From: the human T2T-CHM13v2.0 reference genome, Homo sapiens
DNA length: 64,000 bases
Reading direction: 5' to 3' (one strand)
Assembly: GCF_009914755.1 (NCBI RefSeq)
Contig: NC_060934.1
Both the position numbers and the translations under genes were made by a program. Shown here in pieces: positions 14,587-27,770 of the stretch (positions are counted from its first letter, which is position 1; each line of letters begins with the position of its first letter). The notes under the pieces were generated by a model. The model was not told the DNA's origin and ran no database searches. It saw nothing but the letters and a program-made list of their open reading frames with translations.

Positions 14587-15013
14587 GTATTTCGCTCTCC
14601 TCCGCTCCTCCGATCCCGGCACCCCCCGGCACCCCCCAACCCCCCAGCTCACCCACACCTCTGCACCCACCCACACCCCCCACAAACTTTTCACCAAACT
14701 TTTACCCTCTGCATCCCCCAAAATCATTTTTATTGTTTAAAAAAATCCCTGCACTGATCATACATACATAATGTAATTTTACCGCCTCAAATGGGGAGGT
14801 GGGTAGAAGTGGCGGTGGGGGGCCCTGAGTTTTTTTTTTTTTTTTTTAGGGAAGCAGAAAATTTGTGGGTGCTATTATTTTTCCACCCAGCGTTATATCT
14901 GTTGGGTCGTCTGTATTAAGAGAGTGGATGTCTGTGTGTAAATGTGTCTGGGAATAGATGTTTGTGCTCTGATGGCTACATTATTTATTTGGTGTTTTTT
15001 TCCCCCCCTGCAG

Positions 15014-15268
15014 TGGGTCGGCTCACCGTGTGGCTTGCACGGACCTTACATTTTCTACAAGGCTTTTCAATTCCACCTTGAAGGCAAACCAAGAATTTTG
15101 TCCCTTGGCGACTTTTTCTTTGTAAGATGTACGCCAAAGGATCCGATTTGCATAGCGGAGCTCCAGCTGTTGTGGGAAGAGAGGACCAGCCGGCAACTTT
15201 TATCCAGCTCTAAACTTTATTTCCTCCCAGAAGACACTCCCCAGGGCAGAAATAGCGACCATGGCGAG
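15014..15268 (+). CDS. ARID5B: ARID5B coding exon 2 (WVGSPCGLHGPYIFYKAF...PQGRNSDHGE), core of BAH-like domain
   Basis: Polypyrimidine tract plus CAG acceptor at 15011-15013; 255 nt open frame; GAG|GTGGTA donor; peptide recognised as ARID5B. Confidence 0.96.
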
Positions 15269-15527
15269 GTGGTAAACCTGTCTGTCCCCCTCTTCTTTCT
15301 TTATTATTTTTCCCCCTAGTAATGCTTATTACAGGGCAAGCTTGAAAATACTGTATTCACTTCTGCAGGCAAGCAGGATCGACTCCTTTTTTAAAGGGGT
15401 AGCGCCACTAGCTGGGGCTCGAGTATTTTGCCATTGTCAGAGTTTGGCTGTCAGCTTTACAAAGAGGATCCAACTGCTGATTTTAGTCAAGATCAAATAA
15501 CTTGTTCGAGAAGGGTTTTGTTCAAGG

Positions 15528-15528
15528 A

Positions 15529-15562
<34 letters not shown>

Positions 15563-15570
15563 TGTGTGTG
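15528..15570 (+). repeat. (TG)n microsatellite, one interruption
   Basis: Direct reading. Confidence 0.95.
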
Positions 15571-15859
15571 TTCATTTGCTCTCCTGCTATTGCCTCTTGA
15601 ACATCACATGCTTTTTATATTTTTTGCCTTTTGAAAATTTACCTTCGTGTCTGGCTCGGTCGTGTCTGGGTGGATTTCTTTCGGTGGGTTTCGATATTGT
15701 TCTTTTTTCAAAGTAAGTATTTGATATGTTTAAGAGGGCGGAAATTACGAAATGGAGGCAGAATGAGATCAAAAGCTATTGAGTTGGCAAAGACGTGTTG
15801 AATAAAGTGATAAATGACAGGTACTGGAATAATACATTCAAATAACTTGCAGATCTGCC

Positions 15860-16810
15860 CGGGCGGATTTCAAAGCGGTGGTGTAACAGGCACAAACACG
15901 TTAAGCATTAACAACTATCTCTCGCCCACTCCCCCTCCCCCCGGACAAGCCATTTGATGTTCTAGTTTGCAATTACTCCACGCAAAGTGGACGTCCTCCT
16001 GCGCGATCTTTGGGGGTGTGTGGGACGGGGGCGGGGGAGGGGAGGGCAGAGGGGTGTGTGCTCGCCCACTGGCCCTGCGGGTCCAGCGTTCTCCGTGCCC
16101 AGACGGCGCTCCCGGGGAGGGCGGGGAGGGGACAGAGCCTCCCCGGCACGTTTCTGGGCGGCCGCGGGGGCGCTCGCCGCGCTCCCGGGAGGACGCCGGA
16201 GGTGAGCCCGCTGTCACTGGGCGCCGGGGCGGCCGCCTCCCTTCGGCTCTGTCATTTCATGTGTGACCGCAGTTCTGCGGGCTCCCCTCCTCAGCTGACC
16301 GACCTCAGCGCCGTGGTACCTACCGAGGGGAACTATTTTGGGGAGTCTGTGCCCACGGCGCAGCGGGGAGGGAGGGCGCACTGCCGCCTGGCGAGGCTTT
16401 GTGTTGCCAAAGCGAGAGCAGGGTAATCAAACAGACTTTTGAGGGCAGCTAGTGCTGTGCCAGGCTCTCGAGCTTTCGAGGTAGGTGTAAGGATCTAAGG
16501 ATCTTTTTGTTAAATGAATGGTTTCCCGTTTAACTCATCCCGGGGCTCGGAGCTGCCAGTCCTTCCAGAATTCCTCGGTTTGATCGAGTTGATAGTACTT
16601 TTGGCATTGCTAGTTCACTCCCTCTCCCCAGGATCGAATTACTCGTCAGTGGTCTGTGCCGGTTAATTACTGGAGTTCGTCGAAACGTTCGCCCTCGAAT
16701 CTGCCTTTTCGGAAATAAGCCCCTCCCACCTCCCCGCTCACCTCCCCCCTCCACCCTCCCCGGCCAGCTTTGGTTTTTAAATGTTCATATTTCCCGACGT
16801 CCGCCTGCAA
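15860..16810. promoter_or_regulatory. CpG island at the 5' end of intron 2
   Basis: Very high GC and CpG density (e.g. gggcggccgcgggggcgctcgccgcg), GC boxes and G-runs. Confidence 0.85.
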
Positions 16811-18849
16811 TTTTAAAAAGGTGTTGTTTGGAAACACTGTGAAAAATCCTGCAACCTACCAACAGGTTGAGCTCTTTCCCCCTCCCAAGGTCTGGCTCGG
16901 CCCCCTCCCCCGACCCAACTTTCCTGCGCAGCTGTCTTCCTCCCCCTCCCTCTCCCCCTCCTGATTTCTTATTATTTGCTTTTCAAATTTATTACTTCAA
17001 CATGGCCTGTGATCTGGAAAAGGGAAGGATTAAATATCCAGAAAAGAACTGGTGCTTAACAGACTTCTGACTAAGTCCAGGAGGAAATTATTCAGTGTTT
17101 TATGGGATATTTTGTGGTCACTCTTTTTTGGGGGGCGGGGAATTGAAATTGGGATGTTTTTTAAAGACCCTGAGTTGACCCCACTTGGTACAGTTTTAAT
17201 TTTTGTTGGTGTAATTAAATGGTGAATTCTGATTTAAGAATAAAGGCTATATTTGCCAAACGTTGCATCTGCTAGAAGTGTTGACAGTGAATAGATATAT
17301 TTTTAAATACACGATTTCTTTTTAATTGTTCATTATGGGGAATTGAAAGGGAACCATTGTAATGATCTGTGCATTTCGTCACTGCTATATGAGCCATACC
17401 TGAGAAAATTAATCTTGCCATTTAAAAGTAAACTCTAGGGGGTTTGCGGAGGGAGATGGCTCTATTTATAATCCTCAGCTGCATATACATCGTCTAATAT
17501 TATGCATGATTTGTTTTTTAATGCTAACACGGCTGGTAATTAGCTGTATGATTATACTTGTATATTTCATTAGGACTTTGGCTGATGTCATTGTGAATTA
17601 TTCAGCCATATTAAAACAATTTTCAATTGAGATAATGACACGCCTCAAAATTATGCAAATGCAGACTGCATTGTGCAAAATAATTATGACAAATGTAAAG
17701 CAGGTAGAAAGTTTCCCAATGCAGATCGGTTTTCCACCCTGGTGATGTCATTTCCCCCCTGGCCTAAGTTAGTCATTCATTAGCAGAATAGCAGCAGCAG
17801 TCTTCTCTGGAGGAGAGCCTTACAGAAACCAGCATTTACTGCTGGCACCTAGAGGGGGCAACAGGGCCCTCTCATTAAGAAATTTGCTTTGTTTTCACTT
17901 ATTCCATTAACTTGTTTATATACATTTAAATGATTTTTATTATTGATTTTAAATAGTTTTGAATGATGCATTTGCCATTTGCAATGTGTAACTGAAAGAG
18001 AAAGGTTTCTTGGTGATATGCACTGTTACTTGGAGAAAATGTTCAGCACATTTAATCAGCCAGTACAGTTTATTTTAAGTAACCAAATGGAGATTAATAA
18101 TTTCTTGATTGAGCTGACATCAGCATCCATTTCGAAAGGACAGCCAGGACTCAGTATGCTTTTTTTGGTTTAAGAGAATCATTCTGCCTTTTTATGATTT
18201 CTTGAAATGTAAAGACGTCAGTTCTAAAAGCAGAAAAATGATCATTGTGCAAGATTAGAAATAGCGTCCCTGTGTGGTTTGCTGTGATTTGCAGAGGGTT
18301 TTTTTTTTTTTGGAATATTTTCTCATGATTTTTGTAATAAATTGTGGGAGGCTGGATAAGGCAGGACTTTGTACACCCATTTTACAGATGGGGACATAGA
18401 CTCGGAAAGGTTATGTGGTTTGTCAAAGGTCACCAGGCTAGAACCCAGGCCTCCTTGAAATTCAAGGTTATCTTTTCTCCCCAGTGAAACCTACCCTTGA
18501 AAGCAGAGCTTGAATTCATCATATTACATTCTAGAAGTGTGTACTAATGTGAACAGTCCCTCAGACATTTTAGAATTGTAACTAGTTAATCAGTTTTGCC
18601 AAAGGTCACCAGATGTCTAGGTAGCAAAACTATCCTTATCCTGTAAAGTTAAGCTAATTCTAATCAGTGGTATATAATGATAACAGTTATATTTTAATAG
18701 TTATTAATGAGCATTAACAACTTACTATTCATTTTAATGATGATGGTGATGATTTATATGCTTATATACACCAATGCCTTCATATATAATACTTCCAGTG
18801 TTCGCAACTGGTGTTGAGGAAAAGCATTCAAGAAAGTCACATTTTGATT

Positions 18850-19030
18850 CTGCAGCTTGCTATTTGCTTAATCTTGAACAACCATAAGTACTTGGAACCT
18901 CAGTTTCTTCAGCTGCAAAATGGGAACAAAGTAGGGATGACTATAGATTGTTGGTGAAGATCAAGAGGATTTATAGGCAAAAGAGCTTTATATACTATAA
19001 AGTACTTAAATAAATAGAAAATAATTATGA
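18850..19030 (+). mobile_element. MIR
   Basis: aacctcagtttcttcagctgcaaaatggg core. Confidence 0.55.
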
Positions 19031-19499
19031 TTATAGTGACCTTTGTTCTAGATATTCTTAATTTTATAAACAATAAAAAAAAAACTTGTGTCTGTGTGGA
19101 GGTTCTTGGACCTAAAAATGATACCATCTTAAATTACCATGAAAATGAATAGCAGGGCCATGTGCAAGGAGTTAAGTGTCTTTAGTAATTACTTAGAATT
19201 GCCACATTCAGCCACTAGCTCTTCAGAGGAGGAAAATGGCAAAGTAGGCGGGTAATTGGTTCTGTTACTGGATAACTTCTGATTACATTCATTTTCCAAT
19301 TGCCAAGTGCTTAATCTATTGGCAGTATACCCTCTTAAAATGGGTGGATATGCAAGCTTGGATTTCAGCCTGACCAGCCATCGCTGGGATTTTATAAGAA
19401 GGTTTGCTGGTCACCTCCAACTGTGCTTGTGGATGGCTAAGCTAATGATGTCCAGGAGTCAAGATCAGGCATACCTGGATGTTACAGATTCTAGCATGC

Positions 19500-19890
19500 A
19501 TTCCAGATTTCTAAAAGTGATTCAGTTATCACCAGCCTCACTACTGAATTAAAAAATGCTAAAAATCCATGTTCTGGGGCCCCTATTGAAGTCTCCTCAA
19601 ATAGAATCTCTAGAGTTGGGTCCAGGAGTCTGAATTTTAAATATTTAAACAGTCTCAGTCTAGCTGTGTTATCTTGGGCAAGTTCTAAACTCTCTGTGCC
19701 TCCGTTTTCTCATCTGTAAAGTGGAAATACAGTCCTTATTTCCTAGGATTATTTTAAGGATTAAATAAGTTAATATATGTAAAACGCATATGCCCAAAGT
19801 TGACACATAGTAGATACTTCAATAATGGTTGACTGTTGTTATTATCATTAATATTAGCATTAATCTCACTGAGGTTTGAAACCACTACCA
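19500..19890. mobile_element. MER5A-like element adjoining or interleaved with a MIR (about 19660-19850)
   Basis: agaatctctagagttgggtccaggagtctgaattttaa; MIR core tctctgtgcctccgttttctcatctgtaaagtgg. Confidence 0.55.
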
Positions 19891-20561
19891 TGGAGCTTAC
19901 TGAAAAGTTTTTCCGTGTGAGGGAATGGCACCTAGGTGAGTTTGCTAGGACATGTGGGCTTCCAAATCCTACCGAATCAGGCTATCTTTCATCTCCATGT
20001 TGGCTTTAGCTGTGTCACCAAAATAAAAAGTGTCTTAAGGATTTACATTTTAGTGCAGAAGTAAACTGTCAACTGGATCAGCAGGATTTTTTTTTCAAAA
20101 GATTGCCTGATTTGGTCATATCTGGAGTTAGACAGACACATTCTGGAATTTAGAAGGTGCTGGATTAGTCTTGCTCTTCTCTTTGGATAGCTCCTCAGTC
20201 TTGGTCTATATCCATAAGGTAATTTTTTAGAGATTTCTGAGACCTCTTAAATGACCACACTCCCTTAGACAATTGTTTTAACTTTTTTAAGCCTCTGTTT
20301 CTTCCTCTGTAAAATGGATTTAATGGCCTCAACTGTGCTGGGAATCAGAGATAATAATGAAAAGGGTCTGGAATCTAGCATAGTATAGTACCTACACATG
20401 AGAGTTCAATGAATAGTGGTTGCACTTATAATAGTTATTATTTATTTTTAGTAATCATCTTAAGCTAAGAAAAGGATTTATCTTTACTCTCTACCAAGCA
20501 GGCCTTTTAGAACAAAGATAAGAATGTAAAGAATTACGTGGAGAGAAATTACTGGACTGTG

Positions 20562-20774
20562 ACAAGAGTCAGCCAAGTAAGGCCTGAAGGCCAAATCTGG
20601 CCCACTGTCTGTTTTTGTGAATAAAGTTTTATTGGAATGTGGCCATGCTAATTTGTTTATGGCTGCTCTCAGGCTCCAACAGCAGAGTTGAGTTGTTTTG
20701 ACAGTTACCAGATCGCTGACAAAGTAGAAATATTTATTATCTGGCTTTGTTAAGAAAAACGTTGCTGACCCCTG
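20562..20774. mobile_element. MER58A
   Basis: ggccaaatctggccc...aataaagttttattggaa...gttgctgacccctg. Confidence 0.8.
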
Positions 20775-21375
20775 GCCTATGCGGTTGATCTGCAATAAGG
20801 TAGATGATTGTGTACCTATTTTTCTTTCTTGAGTTTTGGCCATTAACCAGTAATAGCAGAAATATAAGAAACTTAAGTAATATAAGAAATTGTATTCAAT
20901 ATTATATCATTAACGTTTACATATCCAATCCAATTTCACCATTGGTTCTAGGACATTAAAATTTGAGAATGAGTGAAATAATATTAAATTATATTTTGTA
21001 TGGTTAAGAGCGAAACTTTAGCCAATATTAGTATTGTCTATTTTGAGTTAATAAAAAACTACTCGTGAAGTTCTATGTGCTCAGTACTCTGCTAGGTGAA
21101 GAGACAGATGCAAAATAGTTTGCGATGTGACCCTTTTTCTGAATAAATTTATCAGTCTTGATAAGGAGATGAGATCAACATGTCTAAAAATGTAAAAGCA
21201 ATATGAGACACAACACATCAGTAAATTGTGCTGATAATACATGTCATAGGCGTCCAAAGGAAGGCTCCCAACCATCATGTTTTTTGGAAAAAGAATTCAT
21301 TAAATTTCTCAGATGTTGATTGAAAACCTACTGTGTGCTGGCACTTGGATACAAGAGATTAAGGAGAATGGCCTC

Positions 21376-21828
<453 letters not shown>

Positions 21829-22159
21829 TTAATCTTTCCGGAAATTAGAAAGTACTGTCTTCATCTTTGAATTATTACTTCCTGGACACATATTTGTAGA
21901 GCACCTATTATGTGCCAGATCCTATTCTAGGCCCTGGGGATGCAGCATGAACAAGACAGACAAAAATCACTGCTCCCAGGGAGCTTATAGTCCAGTGGTT
22001 GGTTGTAACCTCTCGTGCACTTTATACCTTGTGCCTTATAGTTATCTGTGTTCTTTTCCTTTACCTTGTCACCTGACCCTATGCTCCCCCCACCATAGTG
22101 CTGTTCTCAGGAGCAGGCAGTTGTGCCTTATTCACCTCTGGGTCCTCTGCAATATTTAG

Positions 22160-22486
<327 letters not shown>

Positions 22487-25126
22487 TGAGTATTTTCTGA
22501 GTGACTGAACGACATAATTAAAATGCCTTCTTGCACACAGTCTACCTTTTTTAAGCTTTACCCAGTTTCTTTCTGGCAGATGACCAGTGACCAGTCATTC
22601 ACATGTGGGCCAGATCCACAACCCCATCTCACACTTCTTCTTTCTCTTCCAAAGTCTGTAGTCATTTTGCACTGTAGAATGTGAAAACATGGGAAGTGGT
22701 TTTTTCACAGGGGCACTCACCAAAGAAACAAGCAAATATTTGAAAGATTAGACTGGAGGCAGCATCTCTGTTTCGTTGTTAATTTTCCAGTCTCAGCAGT
22801 CAACCCATAAAAAGTCAGGGCTTTGGGGTGGCAACCTATGAAAAGACTAGACTTCAGGAAAGAAGATTCACTCCTCGCCTGGTGTTGGTTGGCAGTTCAT
22901 ACGAGCCAGCATGTTTTTCAGGCTGATGGTCTTAACTAAGCCACATGTTTGATAGTGCCTCAAAATTGTAAGCAATTAAAACCTCTCGACAATTAGACTG
23001 TCAGACACATACTAAGGAAATGTTATTTTTATGAAATACAAGAGTCCATACATGTAAATACTTCATTATTAATTATTAATAAAGCATGCCATTGTTCATA
23101 GTGGCATCTAGTGATATATGACTCAAGCTCATTTATCAAAGTCTAGTTTTAACCAATATCCAGAATATAATTGCTTGAACCAAATGCATTCACTTGTCAT
23201 TTTTTATAGCCAGTGTAGTTGGATATTTGCCATCTTCTACTCAGAATAATACTGTAGCTAGTGACTACCCGTTGCCTTGGCTTTTAAGGAAATTTAAAAC
23301 AAATTTATCGATTGTTGGCTTAAGGATTCATTCACCTCTCAGAGATGTGGTCATGGATTCCCTCATTTCTTGAAGAATCTACACTGCACAAATCCAAGGA
23401 TGCATTTTTCTGGCCACGCTGTGTTCCTCACTGACTTGCTGGAGATGAGAACCTTGGTCTTAGCCCTCCAGCATACATCCCTCATGCCCTGGACTATGAG
23501 CATCAGTATCGACAACACATTTCAAACATGCAGATGATGATGATTATTGAAAGGGTGCTTTAGAATCATGCTAATGGCATCAATCTCTCGCACACACTTG
23601 GGTAAATTAATTCTGCTTTTAAAATCAGATGCACTGTTAGCAGCGTTAAAGATGGATATTTGACATTTATCACGCAGACTAGGATGGGTGGTTTAATTAC
23701 GCGAATTTTCTGTAGGATCTTTGTGGCTGTATAAATAGACGCACAGTGGCGTGTGTCCTTGGCATATGACCATCAGGTTCACGGTCACATCTCCATTCCT
23801 GTGCCCCAGTAAGAACCCCAGGCGGCAAAGGCCAAATGTTGCTAGTCAATCTAGTGACCCCATAAACATCTTTTCCCCCACCTTTCTTTTCTCATGACTC
23901 CAAGCACACCCAGGCTATGAAACACCCCTTCCACCCCATAGTTGAGTTCCAAGCCTGATCAGTGGCACTAAACATTAAACTCTTGTCTTTGAGAATAATG
24001 GGCTTTGCTTTCTACACCCTCAAGCATGTTGAGCTACTGTGCAAGCTGGAAAATAAAAATGTTCTAATTGTGTCTTTTAAATAAGCATAGGAGTGAATTA
24101 ATTAGACCATATTTTGTCTTTAGTTGCTTAGTTACACAATAGTATTCCTGAGCACGAGTAAGATAAATTGGCTCTTTTTGTGCTGCTTGTCCCTTAATCA
24201 TAATTACTGTATTGCTTAGGAGAGTAAAGCATACATAGATTTTGAATTTTTTATTAATAGTCAAAAATATGCATATGATATATAAAGTATATGCTGTTCA
24301 ACCTGTTTTATATGTGGGAAGAAGTTTTATTGTGGTGGTAACATTTGCATTAGTTGCTCAAAGATGTAGTTCTGGGAAATACATAATTGAAATGTTTTTG
24401 AATTGCTTTTTCTGGCCTTTTCAATCTTATTCAAAATAATAGTGCCTCCAGTCCTGGAGTAGTCATTCTCATTTGATTTAACATCTTTCTTTGCACTGCA
24501 CGAGCGGCACCCAGTTTTAACCCTGCAGAGCCTAGATGAAGTTCTGTGATTCATAGGCCATACATTGTGCCTTATGTTTTTTGGCTCATGCTCTTGGGGC
24601 TTGGGGGGCAGCGGGCAGAAGGGTGCCTTTGTCTTGCCGTCATTATTCCAATGCCCTTCGCCCTTGGCTCACTTCCATGCTCCTTAAGGAAGGTTCTAGG
24701 GTTAGAGAGTGTAAGAGTTTTTTTAGCATGAGCTGGACAACTATCTGTGCTTGCCTGCTGGGGTCTTGCAAAATGAAATGTTGCTACTGGAAGTTGGGTT
24801 TCTAACCGCCTACCCCAACCCTCCACCAAGGAGGGCAGCAGGAGTTAGACAGCTTGATATAGTTATTGAACAATGAGAGAGTCTGGATTATGACCCAGGA
24901 TACTTGCTTGGTAAATGTATGTGAAAATCGACTCCATTGTTCTATTGTATTTGAAAAGCAAGTAAATTATTTACAGATATTTGCTAATTAAAGCATATGT
25001 TGTTTCACAAGCACAAAGGATCGCAGTATAACTGGAGACAAAGAACTAAGTGCAAATAATTTAAATTCACTAATACTGTGTATTCTTCTTAAGGGAGGAA
25101 TATGTTTTTAAAATGTGTATATATAG

Positions 25127-25473
25127 GGTGTTGGTCAAAAGGTACAAACTTTTAGTTATAAGATATTCATCATATATATGTGTTCATCTTCTATCTGGAG
25201 ATCTAATGTATAGTATAGTGACTATAGTTAATAGTACTGTATTGTATACTTGAAAATTGCTAACAGAGTAGATCTTAAGTGTTGTTACCACATCAAAAAA
25301 GGATAACTGAGGTGATGAATGTTAATAACTTGATTGTGGTAATCTTCATGATATATATGTACATCAAATCATCACATTGTATACCTTAAATATATACAAC
25401 CATCATATTGTATACTTTAATGTATACTATTTTTGTTAGTCAATTATACTTCAATAAAGCTGGAGAAAATAAA
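25127..25473 (+). mobile_element. L1MA9/10-like 3' end followed by (TA)n/(CA)n low complexity to about 25620
   Basis: gtgactatagttaatagtactgtattgtatacttgaaaattgct ... caattatacttcaataaagctgg. Confidence 0.75.
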
Positions 25474-26305
25474 AGTATATATATAGGCATATATATAATT
25501 ATGTGTGTATATATATGCATGTTTATATATATATATATATATGTATACACACATACACACACACACATACAGATAACTTGTCCTGTTATCTCTGTATACA
25601 TTACACATATATACATACTTTTTTTTTTAACCCTTCCAAGGGAAGTCTCGCATGCTACAGAGATAGCAAGCCAAGTTACCCCCCAGTTGCTTGTCACTAA
25701 GCTTGCCCTAAGCTCTCCAACGGAAGATGAGATGGAAACAGTTTTGACAGAATGCTATTTTCCCTTTGGTTTTTGCTTGCCATTATCTAGTTTGAGCTCA
25801 GCTCAGAGTATCACTAGAAATAAGGCAAATTAGCCAGATACAGTATCAGAGAATAAAAATGTTCTCACCCATTCCTTTGTCCTCAGACTTTCCTGAATGT
25901 GATAGGCTCAGGTTTAGTTGTTTTTCTTCTGTTTTGGCAGTGTTCTGGTTGGAAATTTGCACTGTGGAAAAGACGCTGGTGATACAAGGCAAAAGGCAGA
26001 CCAGTGAAGGTCAGATGCAGAAAAGGTCATTGATAATGTTCTCAGAGACCTTTTCCTGGCTGGAACTTTGGTGTATCCATTGGTAAAGCTGGTCTCTCTG
26101 GCTGTGCTGTCTGCCAACATGTTTGGTTTTAGGCATGGCTAGCTTAAAGTCCCTTGGTATTGTTGATAACGATGGTCAAGAAGAATTGCCATGGTTATTT
26201 AAGAGAAAGGCTCATGTCTAATTTGCCATGGACAATTCTGTAGACTCACAAGATAACAGATAAAAGAGACTGAGAAGAACAAATCCAGCCCTCTTTATTT
26301 AATAG

Positions 26306-27002
<697 letters not shown>

Positions 27003-27539
27003 TAATTTTTCCTGAAGCCAGGAGGGCCCTCTAATGGGATGCTATTTATGTTGGCTGAAGAAAAGCTTCGCCAAAAGTTGGCAATGTTGGTAATAAATGG
27101 AATTGGTACTTATGCGAACATCTGATACTCATGGATGGTTTCATCATTCAGAAGTGTGTATCTACTATATGCCTACTATGTGTCAGTTCTCTGTGCTGTT
27201 AAAGGAGCAGTTAAAGTGAGTGCCTACTATGTATCAGTTCTCTGTGCTGGGGATATAATAGTGAACAATGAGTGACTAGTACACAAAGATTTCTGTTCTC
27301 AGAGAGCACATTTTCTCTCCTATAGTAAGAAGGAAGAAGCAACTTGATTAATTTGTCCCAAATGGAGGGAAAACCATCTCCATACATTGTAGTCTTAAAA
27401 CCGAATTCACGCTTCCTTCTAGAGTGCTTTCTCTGTGTATTCACAGCCCAGAGAAAATGCCCCATATTTCTCTTTCCCGAAACCATCTGCAAAATTTTCA
27501 CCCACAGTGTTTTCAATGAAGTCAAAGTCACAACATTTT

Positions 27540-27770
27540 CCATTAATTCAGTGACCACTTATATGTCAGGCATTGCAAATACATTAACATATAAATTAAA
27601 TATAAATAAAATATCTCATTTAATTCTCATGGATACTCTATTATGTCCGTAGTATTTTGACATTTCCATACTTTGTAGGTGATGCAGCTGAGGCCAACAG
27701 AGGTTAAAGGAACTTGCCCAAGGTCACACATAGGTGAGACTCAAGAGTCGGGATTGAAACCCATGTTCTC
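27540..27770 (-). mobile_element. MIR
   Basis: agaggttaaaggaacttgcccaaggtcacaca core. Confidence 0.65.

Noticed and set aside
14942-15319. 125-aa ORF as a standalone gene
   Set aside because: It is ARID5B exon 2 plus in-frame intronic flanks.
15915-16754. Multiple overlapping ORFs in the CpG island
   Set aside because: Stop-codon depletion from high GC content; low-complexity translations.
17846-17862. CTCF-like cctagagggggca
   Set aside because: Three mismatches in the 5' half of the core; too weak to call from sequence.
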